DNA of 64,000 bases from Eledone cirrhosa. Its lineage: Eukaryota. The position numbers and the translations under genes are program-made. Position 1 is the first letter of the stretch, and each line of letters opens with the position of its first letter. This document shows, in pieces, positions 15,001 through 29,800 of this stretch. The notes below the pieces were generated by a model. It saw only the letters and a program-made list of their open reading frames with translations, searched no databases and had not been told where the DNA came from. The DNA lies in contig OZ024744.1 in assembly GCA_964016885.1 (NCBI GenBank), forward strand, positions 30,008,001-30,072,000. Direction: 5' to 3'.

Positions 15001-18000
15001 TGCTGTTATGGTTGTTGCTGTTATGGTTATTGTTGTGGTTATTTTTGTTGATACTGTTTTTGCTGGTATTGTTGTTGCTGTTGTTGTTTTTGTTGATACT
15101 GTTGTTACTGTTATTGTTGTTATTGTTGTTGTTTTTGTTGGTACTGTGGTTACTGTTATTGTTGTCGTAGTTGTTGTTTTTGTTGGTACTGTTGTTACTG
15201 TTATTGTTGTTATTGTTTTTATTGTTGTTGTTTTTCTTGATACTGTTGTTGCTGGTATTATAGTTATTGTTGTTGTTTTTGTTCGTACTGTTGTTGCTGT
15301 TATTGTTGTTATTGTTGTTTTTGTAGGTACTGTTGTTGCTGTTATTGTTGTCATTGTTGTTGTTTTTGTTGGTACTGTTATTACTGGTATTGTTGTTATT
15401 GTTGTTTTTTTGGTGGTACTGTTGTTGCTGTTATTATTTCTGTTGTTGTTGTTTTTGTTGGTACTGTTGTTACTGTTATTGTTTTGTTGTTGTTGTTTTT
15501 GTTGGTACTGTTGTTGTTGTTTTTGTTGTTATTGTTGTTATTGTTGTTATTTTTGTTGATTTTGTTGGTACTGTTGTTGCTGTTATTGTTGTTATTGTTG
15601 TTGTTTTTGTTGGCACTGTTGTTGCTGTTATTGTTGTTGTTGTTTTTGTTTTTGTTGATACTGTTGTTACTGTTGTTGCTGTTATTGTTGTTGTTTTTGT
15701 TGGTACTGTTGTTGCTGTTATTGTTGTTATTGTTGTTGTTTTTGTTGGTCCTGTTGTTACTGTTATTGTTGTTTTTGTTGGTGCTGTTGTTATTGTTATT
15801 GTTGTTGTTGTTGTTGTTGTTGTTTTTGTTGATACTGTTGTTGCTTTTATTGTTGTTATTGTTGTTATTGTTGTTGTTTTTGTTGGTACTGTTGTTGCTG
15901 GTATTGTTGTTATTGTTGTTGTTTTTGTTGTTACTTTTGTTACTGTTATTGTTGTTGTTGTTGTTGTTGTTTTTGTTGGTACTGTTGTTACTGTTATTAT
16001 TGTTGCTATTGTTGTTTTTGTTGTTATTGTTGTTGCTGTTATTGTTGTTGTTGTTGTTGTTTTTGTTGATACTGTTGTAGCTGTTATTGTTGTTGTTGTT
16101 GTTGTTTTTGTTGCTACTGTTATTGCTGTTATTGTTATTGCTGTTGTATTTGTTGGTACTGTCGTTGCTGGTATTGTTGTTATTGTTGTTTTTTTTTGTG
16201 GGTACTGTTTTTGCTGGTATTGTTGTTATTTTTGTTGATTTTCTTGGTTCTGTTGTTGTTTTTGTTGTTATTGTTGTTGTTTTTGTTGGTACTGTTGTTG
16301 CTTGTATTGTTGTTATTGTTGTTGTTTTTGTTGGTACTGTTGTTGCTGTTATTATTTTTGTTGTTGTTGTTTTTGTTGGTTCTGTTGTTACTGTTATTGT
16401 TGTTGTTGTTTTTGTTGGTACTGTTGTTGTTGTTTTTGTTGTTATTGTTGTTATTGTTGTGTTTTTTGTTGATACTGTTGTTGCTGTTATTGTTGTTGTT
16501 TTTGTTGATACTGTTGTTGCTGTTATTGTTGTTGTTGTTGTTTTTGTTGGTACTGTTGTTACTGTTATTGTTGTTATTGTTGTTGTTTTTGTTGGTACTG
16601 TTGTTGCTTGTATTGTTGTTATTGTTGTTGTTTTTGCTGGTACTGTTTTTGCGGTTATCGTTGTCGTTGTTGTTGTTTTTGTTAGTACTGTTGTTACAGT
16701 TAATGTTGTCCTTGTTGTTGTTTTTGTTGATACTGGTATTGTTGTTATTGTTGTTGTTTTTTTTGGTACTGTTGTTGCTGTTATTGTTGTTGTTGTTATT
16801 TTTGTTGATACTGTTGTTGCTGGTATTTTTTGTTGCTGTTGTTGTTGCTTTTGTTGGCACTGTTGTTGTTGTTATTCTTGTTGTTGTTGTTGTTTTTGTT
16901 GATACTGTTGTTGCTGGTATTATTGTTATTGTTGTTGTTTTCGTTGGTACTGTTGTTGCTGGTATTGTTGTTATTGTTGTTGTTTTTGTTGATACTGTTG
17001 TTACTGTTATTGTTGTCGTTGTTGTTGTTTTTGTTAATACTGTTGTTGCTGGTATTTTTTGTTGCGGTTATTGTTGTCGTTGTTGTTGTTTTTGTTGATA
17101 TTATTGTTGCTGTTATTGTTGTTATTGTTATGGTTGATACTGTTGTTACTGTTATTGTTGTTATTGTTGTTGTTTTTGTTGGTACTGATGCTACTGTTAT
17201 TGTTGTTATTGTTGTTGTTATTGTTGGTACTGTTGTTACTGTTATTGTTGTTGTTGTTGTTGTTGTTTTTGTTGATACTGCTGTTGCTTTTATTGTTGTT
17301 GCTATTGTTGTTTTTGTTGGTACTGTTGTTGCTATTATTGTTCTTATTTTTGTTGTTTTTGTTGGTACTGTTGTTACTGTTATTGTTGTTGTTGTTGTTG
17401 TTTTTGTTGGTACTGTTGTTGTTTTTGTTGGTACTGTTATTGCTGTTACTGTTGTTATTGTTTTTGTTTTTGTTGGTACTGTTGTTACTGTTATTGTTGT
17501 TATTGTTTTCTTTTTGTTGGTACTGTTGTTGCTGTTATGGTTGTTGCTGTTATGGTTGTTGTTGTGGTTATTTTTGTTGATACTGTTTTTGCTGGTATTG
17601 TTGTTGCTGTTGTTGTTTTTGTTGATACTGTTGTAGGTTATTGTTGTTATTGTTGTTGTTTTTGTTGGTACTGTTGTTACTGTTATTGTTGTTATTGTTG
17701 TTGTTTTTGTTGGTACTGTTGTTACTGTTATTGTTGTTATTGTTTTTATTGTTGTTGTTTTTCTTGATACTGTTGTTGCTGGTATTATAGTTATTGTTGT
17801 TGTTTTTGTTCGTACTGTTGTTGCTGTTATTGTTGTTATTGTTGTTTTTGTAGGTACTGTTGTTGGTGTTATTGTTGTTGCCGTCGTTGTTTTTGTTGGT
17901 ACTGTTGTTGCTGTTATTGTTGTCATTGTTGTTGTTTTTGTTGGTACTGTTATTACTGGTATTGTTGTTATTGTTGTTTCTTTGGTGGTACTGTTGTTGC

Positions 18001-21000
18001 TGTTATTATTTCTGTTGTTGTTGTTTTTTGTTGATACCGTTGTTGCTGTTGTTGCTGTTATTTTTGTTATTGTTGTTGTTTTTGTTGGTACTGTTGTTAC
18101 CGTTATTGTTGTTATTTTTGTTGATTTTGTTGGTACTGTTGTTGCTGTTATTGTTGTTATTGTTGTTGTTTTTGTTGGCACTGTTGTTGCTGGTATTGTT
18201 GTTGTTGTTTTTGTTTTTGTTGATACTGTTGTTACTGTTGTTGCTGTTATTGTTGTTGTTTTTGTTGGTACTGTTGTTGCTGTTATTGTTGTTATTGTTA
18301 TTGTTTTTGTTGGTCCTGTTGTTACTGTTATTGTTGTTTTTGTTGTTGTTTTGTTGGTACTGTTGTTGCTGTTATTGTTGTTATTGTTGTTGTTTTTGTT
18401 GATACTGTTGTTGCTGGTATTGTTGTTGCTTGTATTGTTGTTGCTGTTGTTGTTTTTGCTGATACTGCTGTTACTGTTATTGTTGTTATTGTTGTTGTTA
18501 TTTGTTGGTACTGTTGTTGCTAGTATTGTTGTTGTTGTTTTTGTTTATGTTGATACTGATGTTACTGTTCTTACTGTTATTTTTGTAGTTGTTGTTGTTG
18601 TTTTTGTTGATACTGTTGTTGCTGTTATTGTTGTTATTGTTGTTATTGTTGTTGTTTTTGTTGGTACTGTTGGTGCTGTTATTGTTGTTATTGTTGTTGT
18701 TTTTGTTGGTACTGTTGTTGCTGGCATAGTTGTTATTGTTGTTGTTTTTGTTGTTACTTTTGTTACTGTTATTGTTGTTGTTGTTGTTGTTTGTGTTGGT
18801 ACTGTTGTTACTGTTATTGTTGTTGCTATTCTTGTTTTTGTTGTTACTGTTGTTGCTGTTATTGTTGTTGTTGTTGTTGTTTTTGTTGGTACTGATATTG
18901 CCGTTATTGTTGTTATTGTTGTTGTTTTTGTTTGTACTGCTTTTGCGGGTATTGTTGTTATTGTTGTTGTTTTTGTGGGTACTGTTGTTGCTGGTATAGT
19001 TGTTATTGTGGTTGTTTTTGTAGATACTGTTGTATCTGTTATTGTTGTTATTGCTGTTGTTTTTGTTGGTACTGTTGTTGCTGGTATTGTTGTTATTGTT
19101 GTTGTTTTTGTTGGTACTGTTTTTGCTGGTATTGTTGTTATTGTTGTTGTTTTTGTTGGTACTGTTTTTGCTGGTATTGTTGTTATTTTTGTGGTATTTG
19201 TTGTTACTGTTGTTGTTGTTTTTGTTATTATTGTTGTTATTGTTGTTGTTTTTGTTGATACTGTTGATGCTGTTATTGTTGTTATTGTTGTTGTTTTTGT
19301 TGGTACTGTTGTTATTGTTATTGTTGTTGTTGTTGTTGTTTATGTTGATACTGCTGTTACTGTTATTGTTGTTATTGTTGTTGTTTTTGTTGGTACTGTT
19401 GTTGCTGGTATTGTTGTTGTTTTTGTTTTTGTTGATACTGTTGTTACTGTTGTTGCTGTTATTGTTGTTGTTTTTGTTGGTACTGTTGTTGCTGTTATTG
19501 TTGTTATTGTTGTTGTTTTTGTTGATACTGTTGTTGCTGGTATTGTTGTTGCTGTTGTTGTTTTTGTTGATACTGCTGTTACTGTTATTGTTGTTATTGT
19601 TGTTATTGTTGTTGTTTTTGTTGGTACTGTTGTTGCTGGCAAGTGTTGTTATTGTTGTTGTTTTTGTTGTTTATGTTGATACTGCTGTTACCGTTGTTGC
19701 TGTTATTGTTGTTGTTTTTGTTGGTACTGTTGTTGCTGTTATTGTTGTTATTGTTGTTATTGTTGTTTTTTTGTTGGTACTGTTGTTACTGTTATTGTTG
19801 TTGTTGTTGTTGTTTATGTTGATACTGCTGTTACTGTTATTGTTGTTATTGTTGTTGTTTTTGTTGGTACTGTTGTTACTGTTATTGTTGTTGTTGTTGT
19901 TGTTTATGTTGATACTGCTGTTACTGTTATTGTTGTTATTGTTGTTTTTTTTGTAGATACTGTCGTTGCTGTTATTGTTGTTATTGTTGTTGTTTTTGTT
20001 GATACTGTTGTTGCTGTTATTGTTGTTGTTGTTGTTTTTGTTGGTACTGTTGTTACTGTTATTGTTGTTATTGTTGTTGTTTTTATGGTACTGTTGTTGC
20101 TTGTATTGTTGGTATTGTTGTTGTATTTGTTGGTACTGTTGTTGCGGTTATTGTTGTCGTTGTTGTTGTTTTTGTTGATATTATTGTTGCTGTTATTGTT
20201 GTTATTGTTTTTGTTGATACTGTTGTTACTGTTATTGTTGTTATTGTTGTTGTTTTTGTTGGTAGTGATGTTACTGTTATTGTTGTTGTTATTGTTGGTA
20301 CTGTTGTTACTGTTATTGTTGTTGTTGTTGTTGTTGTTTTTGTTGATACTGTCGTTGCTGGTATTGTTGTTATTGTTGTTGTTTTTGTTGATATTGTTGT
20401 TACTGTCATAGTTGTTGTTGTTGTTGTTATTGTTGTTGTTTTTGTTGGTACTATTGTTGCTATTATTATTGTTGTTGTTGTTGTTTTTGTTGGTACTGCT
20501 ATTGCTGTTACTATTGTTATTGTTTATGTTTTAGTTGGTACTGTTGTTACTGTTATTGTTGTTGTTTTTGTTGGTACTGTTGTTGCTGTTATGGTTGTTG
20601 TTGTGGTTATTTTTGTTGATACTGTTGTTGCCGGTATTGTTGTTGCTGTTGTTGTTTTTGTTGGTACTGTTTTTACTGTTATTGTTGTTATTGTTGTTGG
20701 TTTTGTTGGTATTGTGGTTACTGTAATTGTTGTCGTAGTTGTTGTTTTTGTTGGTACTGTTGTTACTGTTATTGTTGTTATTGTTGTTATTGTTGTTGTT
20801 TGTTGGTACTGTTGGTTGAGTTATTGTTGTTATTGTTGTTGTTTTTCTTGATACTGTTGTTGCTGGTATTGTTGTTATTGTTGTTTTTGTAGGTACTGTT
20901 GTTGCTGTTATTGTTGTTGTCGTTGTTGTTTTTGTTGGTACTGTTGTTGCTGTTATTGTTGTTATTGTTGTTGTTTTTGTTGGTAATGTTGTTGCTGTTA

Positions 21001-24000
21001 TTATTTCTGTTGTTGTTTTTTTTGTTGGTACTGTTGTTACTGTTATTGTTGTTATTGTTGTGTTTTTTGTTGATACTGTTGTTGCTGTTATTTTTGTTAT
21101 TGTTGTTATTGTTGTTGTTTTTGTTGGTACAGTTGGTGCTGTTATTGTTATTATTGTTGTTGTTTTTGTTGGTACTGTTGTTACTGTTATTGTTGTTGTT
21201 GTTATTGTTGTTGTTTTTGTTGATACTGTTGTTACTGTTATTGTTGTTATTGTTGTTGATTTTGTTGGTACTATTGTTGCTGTTATTGTTGTTATTGTTG
21301 TTGTTTTTGTTGGTACTGTTGTTGCTGGTATTGTTGTTGTTGTTATTGTTGTTTTTGTTGGTACTGTTTTTGCTGGTATTGTTGTTGCTGTTGTTGTTTT
21401 TGTTGATACTGTTGTTGCTGTTATTGTTGTTATTGCTGTTGTTTTTGTTGGTACTGTTGTTACTGTTATTGTTGTTGTTGTTGTTGTTTTTGTTGGTACT
21501 GTTGTTGCTGTTATTTTTGTTATTGTTGTTATTGTTGTTGTTTTTGTTGGTACAGTTGGTGCTGTTATTGTTGTTATTGTTGTTGTTTTTGTTGGTACTG
21601 TTGTTGCTGGTATTGTTGTTATTGCTGATGTTTTTGTTGTTACTTATGTTACTGTTATTGTTGTTGTTGTTGTTTTTGTTGGTACTGTTTTTGCGGGTAT
21701 TGTTGTTATTGTTGTTGTTTTTGTTGAACTGTTGTTGCTGGTATAGTTGTTATTGTTGTTGTTTTTGTTATTTTTGTTGATACTGTTGTTGCTGGTATTT
21801 TTGTTGCTGTTGTTGTTTTTGTTGATACTGTTGTTACTGTTATTATTGTTATTGTTGTTGTTTTTGTTGGTACTAATGTTACTGTTATTGTTGTTATTGT
21901 TGTTGTTATTGTTGGTACTGTTGTTACTGTTATTGATGTTGTTGTTGTTTTTGTTGGTACTGTTGTTGTTGTTATTCTTGTTGTTGTTGTTGTTTTTGTT
22001 GGTACTGTTGTTACTGTTATATTTGTTGTTGTTGTTGTTTATGTTGGTACTGTTGTTACTGTTATTGTTGTTGCTATTGTTGTTTTTGTTGTTACTGTTG
22101 TTGCTGTTATTGTTGTTGTAGTTGTTTTTGTTGGTACTGATATTGCTGTTATTGTTGTAATTGTTGTTGTTTTTGTTGGTACTGTTTTTGCGGGTATTGT
22201 TGTTGTTGTTGTTGTTTTTGTTGATACTGCTGTTACTGTTATTGTTGTTATTGTTGTTTTTTTGTTGATACTGTTGTTGCTGTTAAAGTTGTTATTGTTG
22301 TTGTTTTTGTTGATACTGTTGTTGCTGTTGTTGTTGTTGTTGTTTTTGTTTTTGTTGGTACTGTTGTTACTGTTATTGTTGTTATTGTTGTTGTATTGTT
22401 GTTACTGTTATTGTTGTTATTGTTGTTGTTTTTTTTGATATTATTGTTGCTGTTATAGTTTTTGTTTTTGTTAGTACTGTTGTTACTGTTATTGTTGTCG
22501 TTGCTGTTGTTTTTGTTGATACTGGTATTGTTGTTATTATTGTTGTTTTTGTTGGTACTGTTGTTACTGTTATTGTTGTTGTTGTTGTTATTTTTGTTGA
22601 TACTGTTGTTGCTGGTATTGTTGTTGCTGTTGTTGTTTTTGTTGATACTGTTGTTACTGTTATTGCTGTTATTGTTGTTGTTTTTGTTGGTACTGATGTT
22701 ACTGTTATTGTTGTTATTGTTTTATTATTGTTGGTACTGTTGTTGCGGTTATTGTTGTCGTTGTTGTGGTTTTTGTTGATATTATTGTTGCTGTTATTGT
22801 TGTTATTGTTTTTGTTTTTGTTAGTACTGTTGTTACTGTTATTGTTATCGATGTTGTTGTTTTTGTTGATACTGGTATTGTTGTTATTGTTGTTGTTTTT
22901 GTTATTTTTGTTGATACCGTTGTTGCTGGTATTGTTGTTATTGATGTTGTTTTTGTTGTTACTTTTGTTTGTACTACTGTTGCTGTTATTGTTGTTTCTA
23001 TTGTTGTTTTTGTTGGTATAGTTGTTGCTGTTATTGTTGTTTTTGTTGGTACTGTTTTTGCTGGTATTGTTGTTATTGTGGTTGTTTTTGTTGGTACTGT
23101 TGTTGCTGGTATATTTGTTATTGTTGTTGTTTTTGTTGATACTTTTGTTGCTGTTATTGTTGTTATTGCTGTTGTTTTTGTTGGTACTGTTGTTGCTGGT
23201 ATTGTTGTTATTTTTGTTGATTTTGTTGGTACTGTTTTTGTTGGTATTGTTGTTATTGTTGTTGTTTTTGTTGGTACTGTTGTTGCTGTTATTGTTGTTA
23301 TTGTTGTTGTTTATGTTGTTACTTTTGTTACTGTTATTGTTGTTGTTGTTTTTGTTAGTACAGTTGTTACTGTTATTGTTGTTGTTGTTGTGGTTTTTGT
23401 TGGTACTGTTATTACTGTTATTGTTGTTGTTTCTGTTGGTACCGTTGTTGCTGTTATTGTTGTTATTATTATTGTTTTTGTTGGTACTGTTGTTAGTTAT
23501 TGTGTTTGTTGTTGTTGTTTTTGCTGGTACTGTTGTTGCTGTTATTGTTGTTTTTGTTGGTACTCTTGTTGCTGTTATTGTTGTTATTGTTGTTGTTTTT
23601 GTTGATACTGGTGTTGCTGTTATTGTTGTTATTGTTGTTGTTTTTGTTGTTACTTTTGTTACTGTTATTGTTGTTATTGTTGTTGTTTTTGTTGGTACTT
23701 ATGTTGCTGGTATTGTTGTTGTTGTTGTTTTTGTTGATACTATTGTTGCTGTTATTGTTGTTATTGGTGTTGTTTTTGTTGGTATTGTTGTTGCTGTTAT
23801 TGTTGGTATTGTTGTTATTGTTGTTGTTTTTGTTGGTACTGTTGTTGATGTTATTGTTGTTGTTGTTGTTGTTTTTGTTGGTACTGTTGTTAGTTATTGT
23901 TATTGTTGTTGTTTTTGTTGGTACTGTTGTTGCTGTTATTATTGTTTTCGTTGTTGTTTTTTTGGGGACGGTTGTTACTGTTAATGTTGTTATTGTTGTT

Positions 24001-26771
24001 GTTTTTGTTGGTACTGTTATTGCTGTTACTGTTGTTATTGTTGTTGTTTTTGTTAGTACTGTTGTTACTGTTATTGTTGTCGTTGTTGTTGTTTTTGTTG
24101 GTACTGTTGTTGCTGTTATCGTTGTTATTGTTGTTGTTTTTGTTGGTACTGTTGTTACTGTTATTGTTGTTATTGTTGTTGTTTTTGTTGGTACTTATGT
24201 TGCTGGTATTGTTGTTATTGTTGTTGTTCTTGTTGATACTGTTGTTACTGTTATTGTTGTCGTTGTTGTTGTTTTTGTTGATACGGCTGTTTTTGTTATT
24301 GTTGTTGTTATTGTTGTTTTTGTTGGTACTGCTGTTGCGCTTATTGTTGTTATTGTTGTTTTTTGTTGGTATTGTTGTTGCTGGTATTGTTGTTATTGTT
24401 GTTGTTTTTGTAGGTACTGTTGTTGCTGTTATTGTTGTTATTGTTGTTGTTTTGGTTGGTACTGTTGTTGCTTTATTGTTGTTATCGTTGTTGTTTTTGT
24501 TGGTACTGTTGTTTCTGGTATTGTTGTTGCTATTGTCGTTATTGTTGATACTGTTGTTACTGTTATTGTTGTTAATGATGTTGTTTTTGTTGGTACTGTT
24601 GTTGTTACTGTTGTTGTTGTTGTTGTTTTTGTTGATATTGTTGTTGCTGTTATTGTTGTTGTTGTTTTTGTTGGTACTGTTGTTACTGTTATTGTTGTTA
24701 TTGTTGTTGTTTTTGTTGGTTCTGTTGTTACTGTTATTGTTGTTGTTTTTGTTGGTGCTGTTGTTGATGTTATTGTTGTTGTTGTTGTTTTTGTTGGTAC
24801 TGTTGTTGCTGTTATTGTTATTATAGTTGTTTTTGTTGATACTGTTGTTGCTGTTATTGTTGTTGTTGTTGTTTTTGTTGGTAGTGTTGTTACTGTTATT
24901 GTTGTTGTTGTTGTTGTTGTTTTTGTTGGTACTGTTGTTGCATTTATTGTTGTTATTGTTGTTGTTTTTGTTAGTACTGTTGTTGCTGTTATTGTTGTTA
25001 TTGTTGTTTTTTTGGTGGTATTGTTGTTGCTGGTATTGTTGTTATTGTTGTTGTTTTTGTTGGTACTGTTGTTGCTGTTATTGTTGTTATTGTTGTTGTT
25101 TTTGTTGGTACTGTTGTTTCTGGTATTGTTGTTGTTATTGTTGTTATTGTTGATACTGTTGTTACAGTTTTTGTTGTTGTTGTTGTTGTTTGTGTTGGTA
25201 CTGTTGCTACTGGTATTGTTGTTATTGCTGTTGTTTTTCTTGGTAGTGTTGTTGCTGTTATTGTTCTAATTGTTGTTGTTTTTGTTGGTACTGTTGTTAC
25301 TGTTATTGTTGTTATTGTTGTTGTTTTGGTGGTACTATTTTTACTGTTATTGATGTTGTTGTTGTTGTTTTTGTTGATACTATTGTGGCTGTTATTGTTG
25401 TTATTGTTGTTGTTTTAGTTGGTACTGTTGTTGCTGTTATTGTTGTTATTGTTGTTATTGTTGTTGTTTCTGTTGGTACTCTTGGTGCTTTTATTGTTGT
25501 TATTGTTGTTGTTTTTGTTGTTACTGTTGTTGATGTTATTGCTGTTATTGTTGTTGTTTTTGTTGGTACTGTTGTTGTTGGTATTGTTGTTATTGTTGTT
25601 GTTTTTGTTGTTACTTTTGTTACTGTTATTGTTGTTGTTGGTGTTGTTTTTGTTGGTATTGTTGTTGCTGTTATTGTTGGTATTGTTGTTATTGTTGTTG
25701 TTTTTGTTGGTACTGTTGTTGATGTTATTGTTGTTGTTGTTGTTGTTTTTGTTGGTACTGTTGTTAGTTATTGTTATTGTTGTTGTTTTTGTTGGTACTG
25801 TTGTTGCTGTTATTATTGTTTTTGTTGTTGTTTTTTTGGGGACGGTTGTTACTGTTAATGTTGTTATTGTTGTTGTTTTTGTTGGTACTGTTATTGCTGT
25901 TACTGTTGTTATTGTTGTTGTTTTTGTTAGTACTGTTGTTACTGTTATTGTTGTCGTTGTTGTTGTTTTTGTTGGTACTGTTGTTGCTGTTATCGTTGTT
26001 ATTGTTGTTGTTTTTGTTGGTACTGTTGTTACTGTTATTGTTGTTATTGTTGTTGTTTTTGTTGGTACTTATGTTGCTGGTATTGTTGTTATTGTTGTTG
26101 TTCTTGTTGATACTGTTGTTACTGTTATTGTTGTCGTTGTTGTTGTTTTTGTTGATACGGCTGTTTTTGTTATTGTTGTTGTTATTGTTGTTTTTGTTGG
26201 TACTGCTGTTGCGCTTATTGTTGTTATTGTTGTTTTTTGGTGGTATTGTTGTTGCTGGTATTGTTGTTATTGTTGTTGTTTTTGTAGGTACTGTTGTTGC
26301 TGTTATTGTTGTTATTGTTGTTGTTTTGGTTGGTACTGTTGTTGCTTTATTGTTGTTATCGTTGTTGTTTTTGTTGGTACTGTTGTTTCTGGTATTGTTG
26401 TTGCTATTGTCGTTATTGTTGATACTGTTGTTACTGTTATTGTTGTTAATGATGTTGTTTTTGTTGGTACTGTTGTTGTTACTGTTGTTGTTGTTGTTGT
26501 TTTTGTTGATATTGTTGTTGCTGTTATTGTTGTTGTTGTTTTTGTTGGTACTGTTGTTACTGTTATTGTTGTTATTGTTGTTGTTTTTGTTGGTTCTGTT
26601 GTTACTGTTATTGTTGTTGTTTTTGTTGGTGCTGTTGTTGATGTTATTGTTGTTGTTGTTGTTTTTGTTGGTACTGTTGTTGCTGTTATTGTTATTATAG
26701 TTGTTTTTGTTGATACTGTTGTTGCTGTTATTGTTGTTGTTGTTGTTTTTGTTGGTAGTGTTGTTACTGTT

Positions 26772-26805
<34 letters not shown>

Positions 26806-29800
26806 TTGTTGGTACTGTTGTTGCATTTATTGTTGTTATTGTTGTTGTTTTTGTTAGTACTGTTGTTGCTGTTATTGTTGTTATTGTTGTTTTTTTGGTG
26901 GTATTGTTGTTGCTGGTATTGTTGTTATTGTTGTTGTTTTTGTTGGTACTGTTGTTGCTGTTATTGTTGTTATTGTTGTTGTTTTTGTTGGTACTGTTGT
27001 TTCTGGTATTGTTGTTGTTATTGTTGTTATTGTTGATACTGTTGTTACAGTTTTTGTTGTTGTTGTTGTTGTTTGTGTTGGTACTGTTGCTACTGGTATT
27101 GTTGTTATTGCTGTTGTTTTTCTTGGTAGTGTTGTTGCTGTTATTGTTCTAATTGTTGTTGTTTTTGTTGGTACTGTTGTTACTGTTATTGTTGTTATTG
27201 TTGTTGTTTTGGTGGTACTATTTTTACTGTTATTGATGTTGTTGTTGTTGTTTTTGTTGATACTATTGTGGCTGTTATTGTTGTTATTGTTGTTGTTTTA
27301 GTTGGTACTGTTGTTGCTGTTATTGTTGTTATTGTTGTTATTGTTGTTGTTTCTGTTGTTACTCTTGGTGCTTTTATTGTTGTTATTGTTGTTGTTTTTG
27401 TTGTTACTGTTGTTGATGTTATTGCTGTTATTGTTGTTGTTTTTGTTGGTACTGTTGTTGTTGGTATTGTTGTTATTGTTGTTGTTTTTGTTGTTACTTT
27501 TGTTACTGTTATTGTTGTTGTTGGTGTTGTTTTTGTTGGTATTGTTGTTGCTTTTATTGTTGGTATTGTTGTTATTGTTGTTGTTTTTGTTGGTACTGTT
27601 GTTGATGTTATTGTTGTTGTTGTTGTTTTTGTTGGTACTGTTGTTAGTTATTGTTATTGTTGTTGTTTTTGTTGGTACTGTTGTTGCTGTTATTATTGTT
27701 TTTGTTGTTGCTTTTTTGGGGACGGTTGTTACTGTTAATGTTGTTATTGTTGTTGTTTTTGTTGGTACTGTTATTGCTGTTACTGTTGTTATTGTTGTTG
27801 TTTTTGTTAGTACTGTTGTTACTGTTATTGTTGTCGTTGTTGTTGTTTTTGTTGGTACTGTTGTTGCTGTTATCGTTGTTATTGTTGTTGTTTTTGTTGG
27901 TACTGTTGTTACTGTTATTGTTGTTATTGTTGTTGTTTTTGTTGGTACTTGTTGCTGGTATTGTTGTTATTGTTGTTGTTCTTGTTGATACTGTTGTTAC
28001 TGTTATTGTTGTCGTTGTTGTTGTTTTTGTTGATACGGCTGTTTTTGTTATTGTTGTTGTTATTGTTGTTTTTGTTGGTACTGCTGTTGCGCTTATTGTT
28101 GTTTTTGTTGTTTTTTGGTGGTATTGTTGTTGCTGGTATTGTTGTTATTGTTGTTGTTTTTGTAGGTACTGTTGTTGCTGTTATTGTTGTTATTGTTGTT
28201 GTTTTGGTTGGTACTGTTGTTGCTTTATTGTTGTTGTCGTTGTTGTTTTTGTTGGTACTGTTGTTTCTGGTATTGTTGTTGCTATTGTCGTTATTGTTGA
28301 TACTGTTGTTACTGTTATTGTTGTTAATGATGTTGTTTTTGTTGGTACTGTTGTTGTTACTGTTGTTGTTGTTGTTGTTTTTGTTGATATTGTTGTTGCT
28401 GTTATTGTTGTTGTTGTTTTTGTTGGTACTGTTGTTACTGTTATTGTTGTTATTGTTGTTGTTTTTGTTGGTTCTGTTGTTACTGTTATTGTTGTTGTTT
28501 TTGTTGGTGCTGTTGTTGATGTTATTGTTGTTATTGTTGTTTTTTTGGTGGTATTGTTGTTGCTGGTATTGTTGTTATTGTTGTTGTTTTTGTTGGTACT
28601 GTTGTTGCTGTTATTGTTGTTATTGTTGTTGTTTTTGTTGGTACTGTTGTTTCTGGTATTGTTGTTGTTATTGTTGTTATTGTTGATACTGTTGTTACTG
28701 TTTTTGTTGTTGTTGTTGTTGTTTGTGTTGGTACTGTTGCTACTGGTATTGTTGTTATTGCTGTTGTTTTTCTTGGTAGTGTTGTTGCTGTTATTGTTCT
28801 AATTGTTGTTGTTTTTGTTGGTACTGTTGTTACTGTTATTGCTGTTATTGTTGTTGTTTTGGTGGTACTATTGTTACTGTTATTGATGTTGTTGTTGTTT
28901 TTGTTGATACTATTGTGGCTGTTATTGTTGTTATTGTTGTTGTTTTAGTTGGTACTGTTGTTGCTGTTATTGTTGTTATTGTTGTTATTGTTGTTGTTTC
29001 TGTTGGTACTCTTGGTGCTTTTATTGTTGTTATTGTTGTTGTTTTTTGTTGTTACTGTTGTTGATGTTATTGCTGTTATTGTTGTTGTTTTTGTTGATAC
29101 TGTTGTTGTTGGTATTGTTGTTATTGTTGTTGTTTTTGTTGTTACTTGTGTTACTGTTATTGTTGTTGTTATTGTTGTTACTGTTGTTACTGTTATTGTT
29201 GTTGCTATTGTTGTATTTTGTTGTTACTGTTGTTACTGTTATTGTTGTTGTTGTTTTTGTTGATACTATTGTTGCTGTTATTGTTGTTATTGTTCTTATT
29301 GTTGTTGTTTTTGTTGGTACTGTTGTTACTTTTATTGTTGTTGTTGTTGATTTTGTTCGTACTGTTGTTGCTGTTGTTGTTGTTATTGTTCTTATTGTTG
29401 TTGTTTTTGTTGGTACTGTTGTTACTTTTATTGTTGTTGTTGTTGTTTTTGTTGGTACTGTTGTTGATGTTATTGTTGTTGTTGTTGTTGTTTTTGTTGG
29501 TACTGTTGTTGCTGTTATTGTTGTTATTGTTGTTGTTTTTGTTGGTACTGTTGTTGCTGTTATTGTCGTTGTTTTTGTTGTTTTTGTTGGTACTGTTGTT
29601 ACTGTTATTGCTGTTGTTGTTGTTTTTGTTGGTACTGTTGTTGCTGTTATTGTTGTTTTTGTTGTTGTTTTTGTTGGGTCTGTTGTTGCTGTTAATGTTG
29701 TTATTGTTGTTGTTTTTGTTGGTACTGTTGTTGCTGTTACTGTTGTTATTGTTATTGTTTTGTTGGTACTGTTGTTACTGTTATTGTTGTATTTGTTGTT

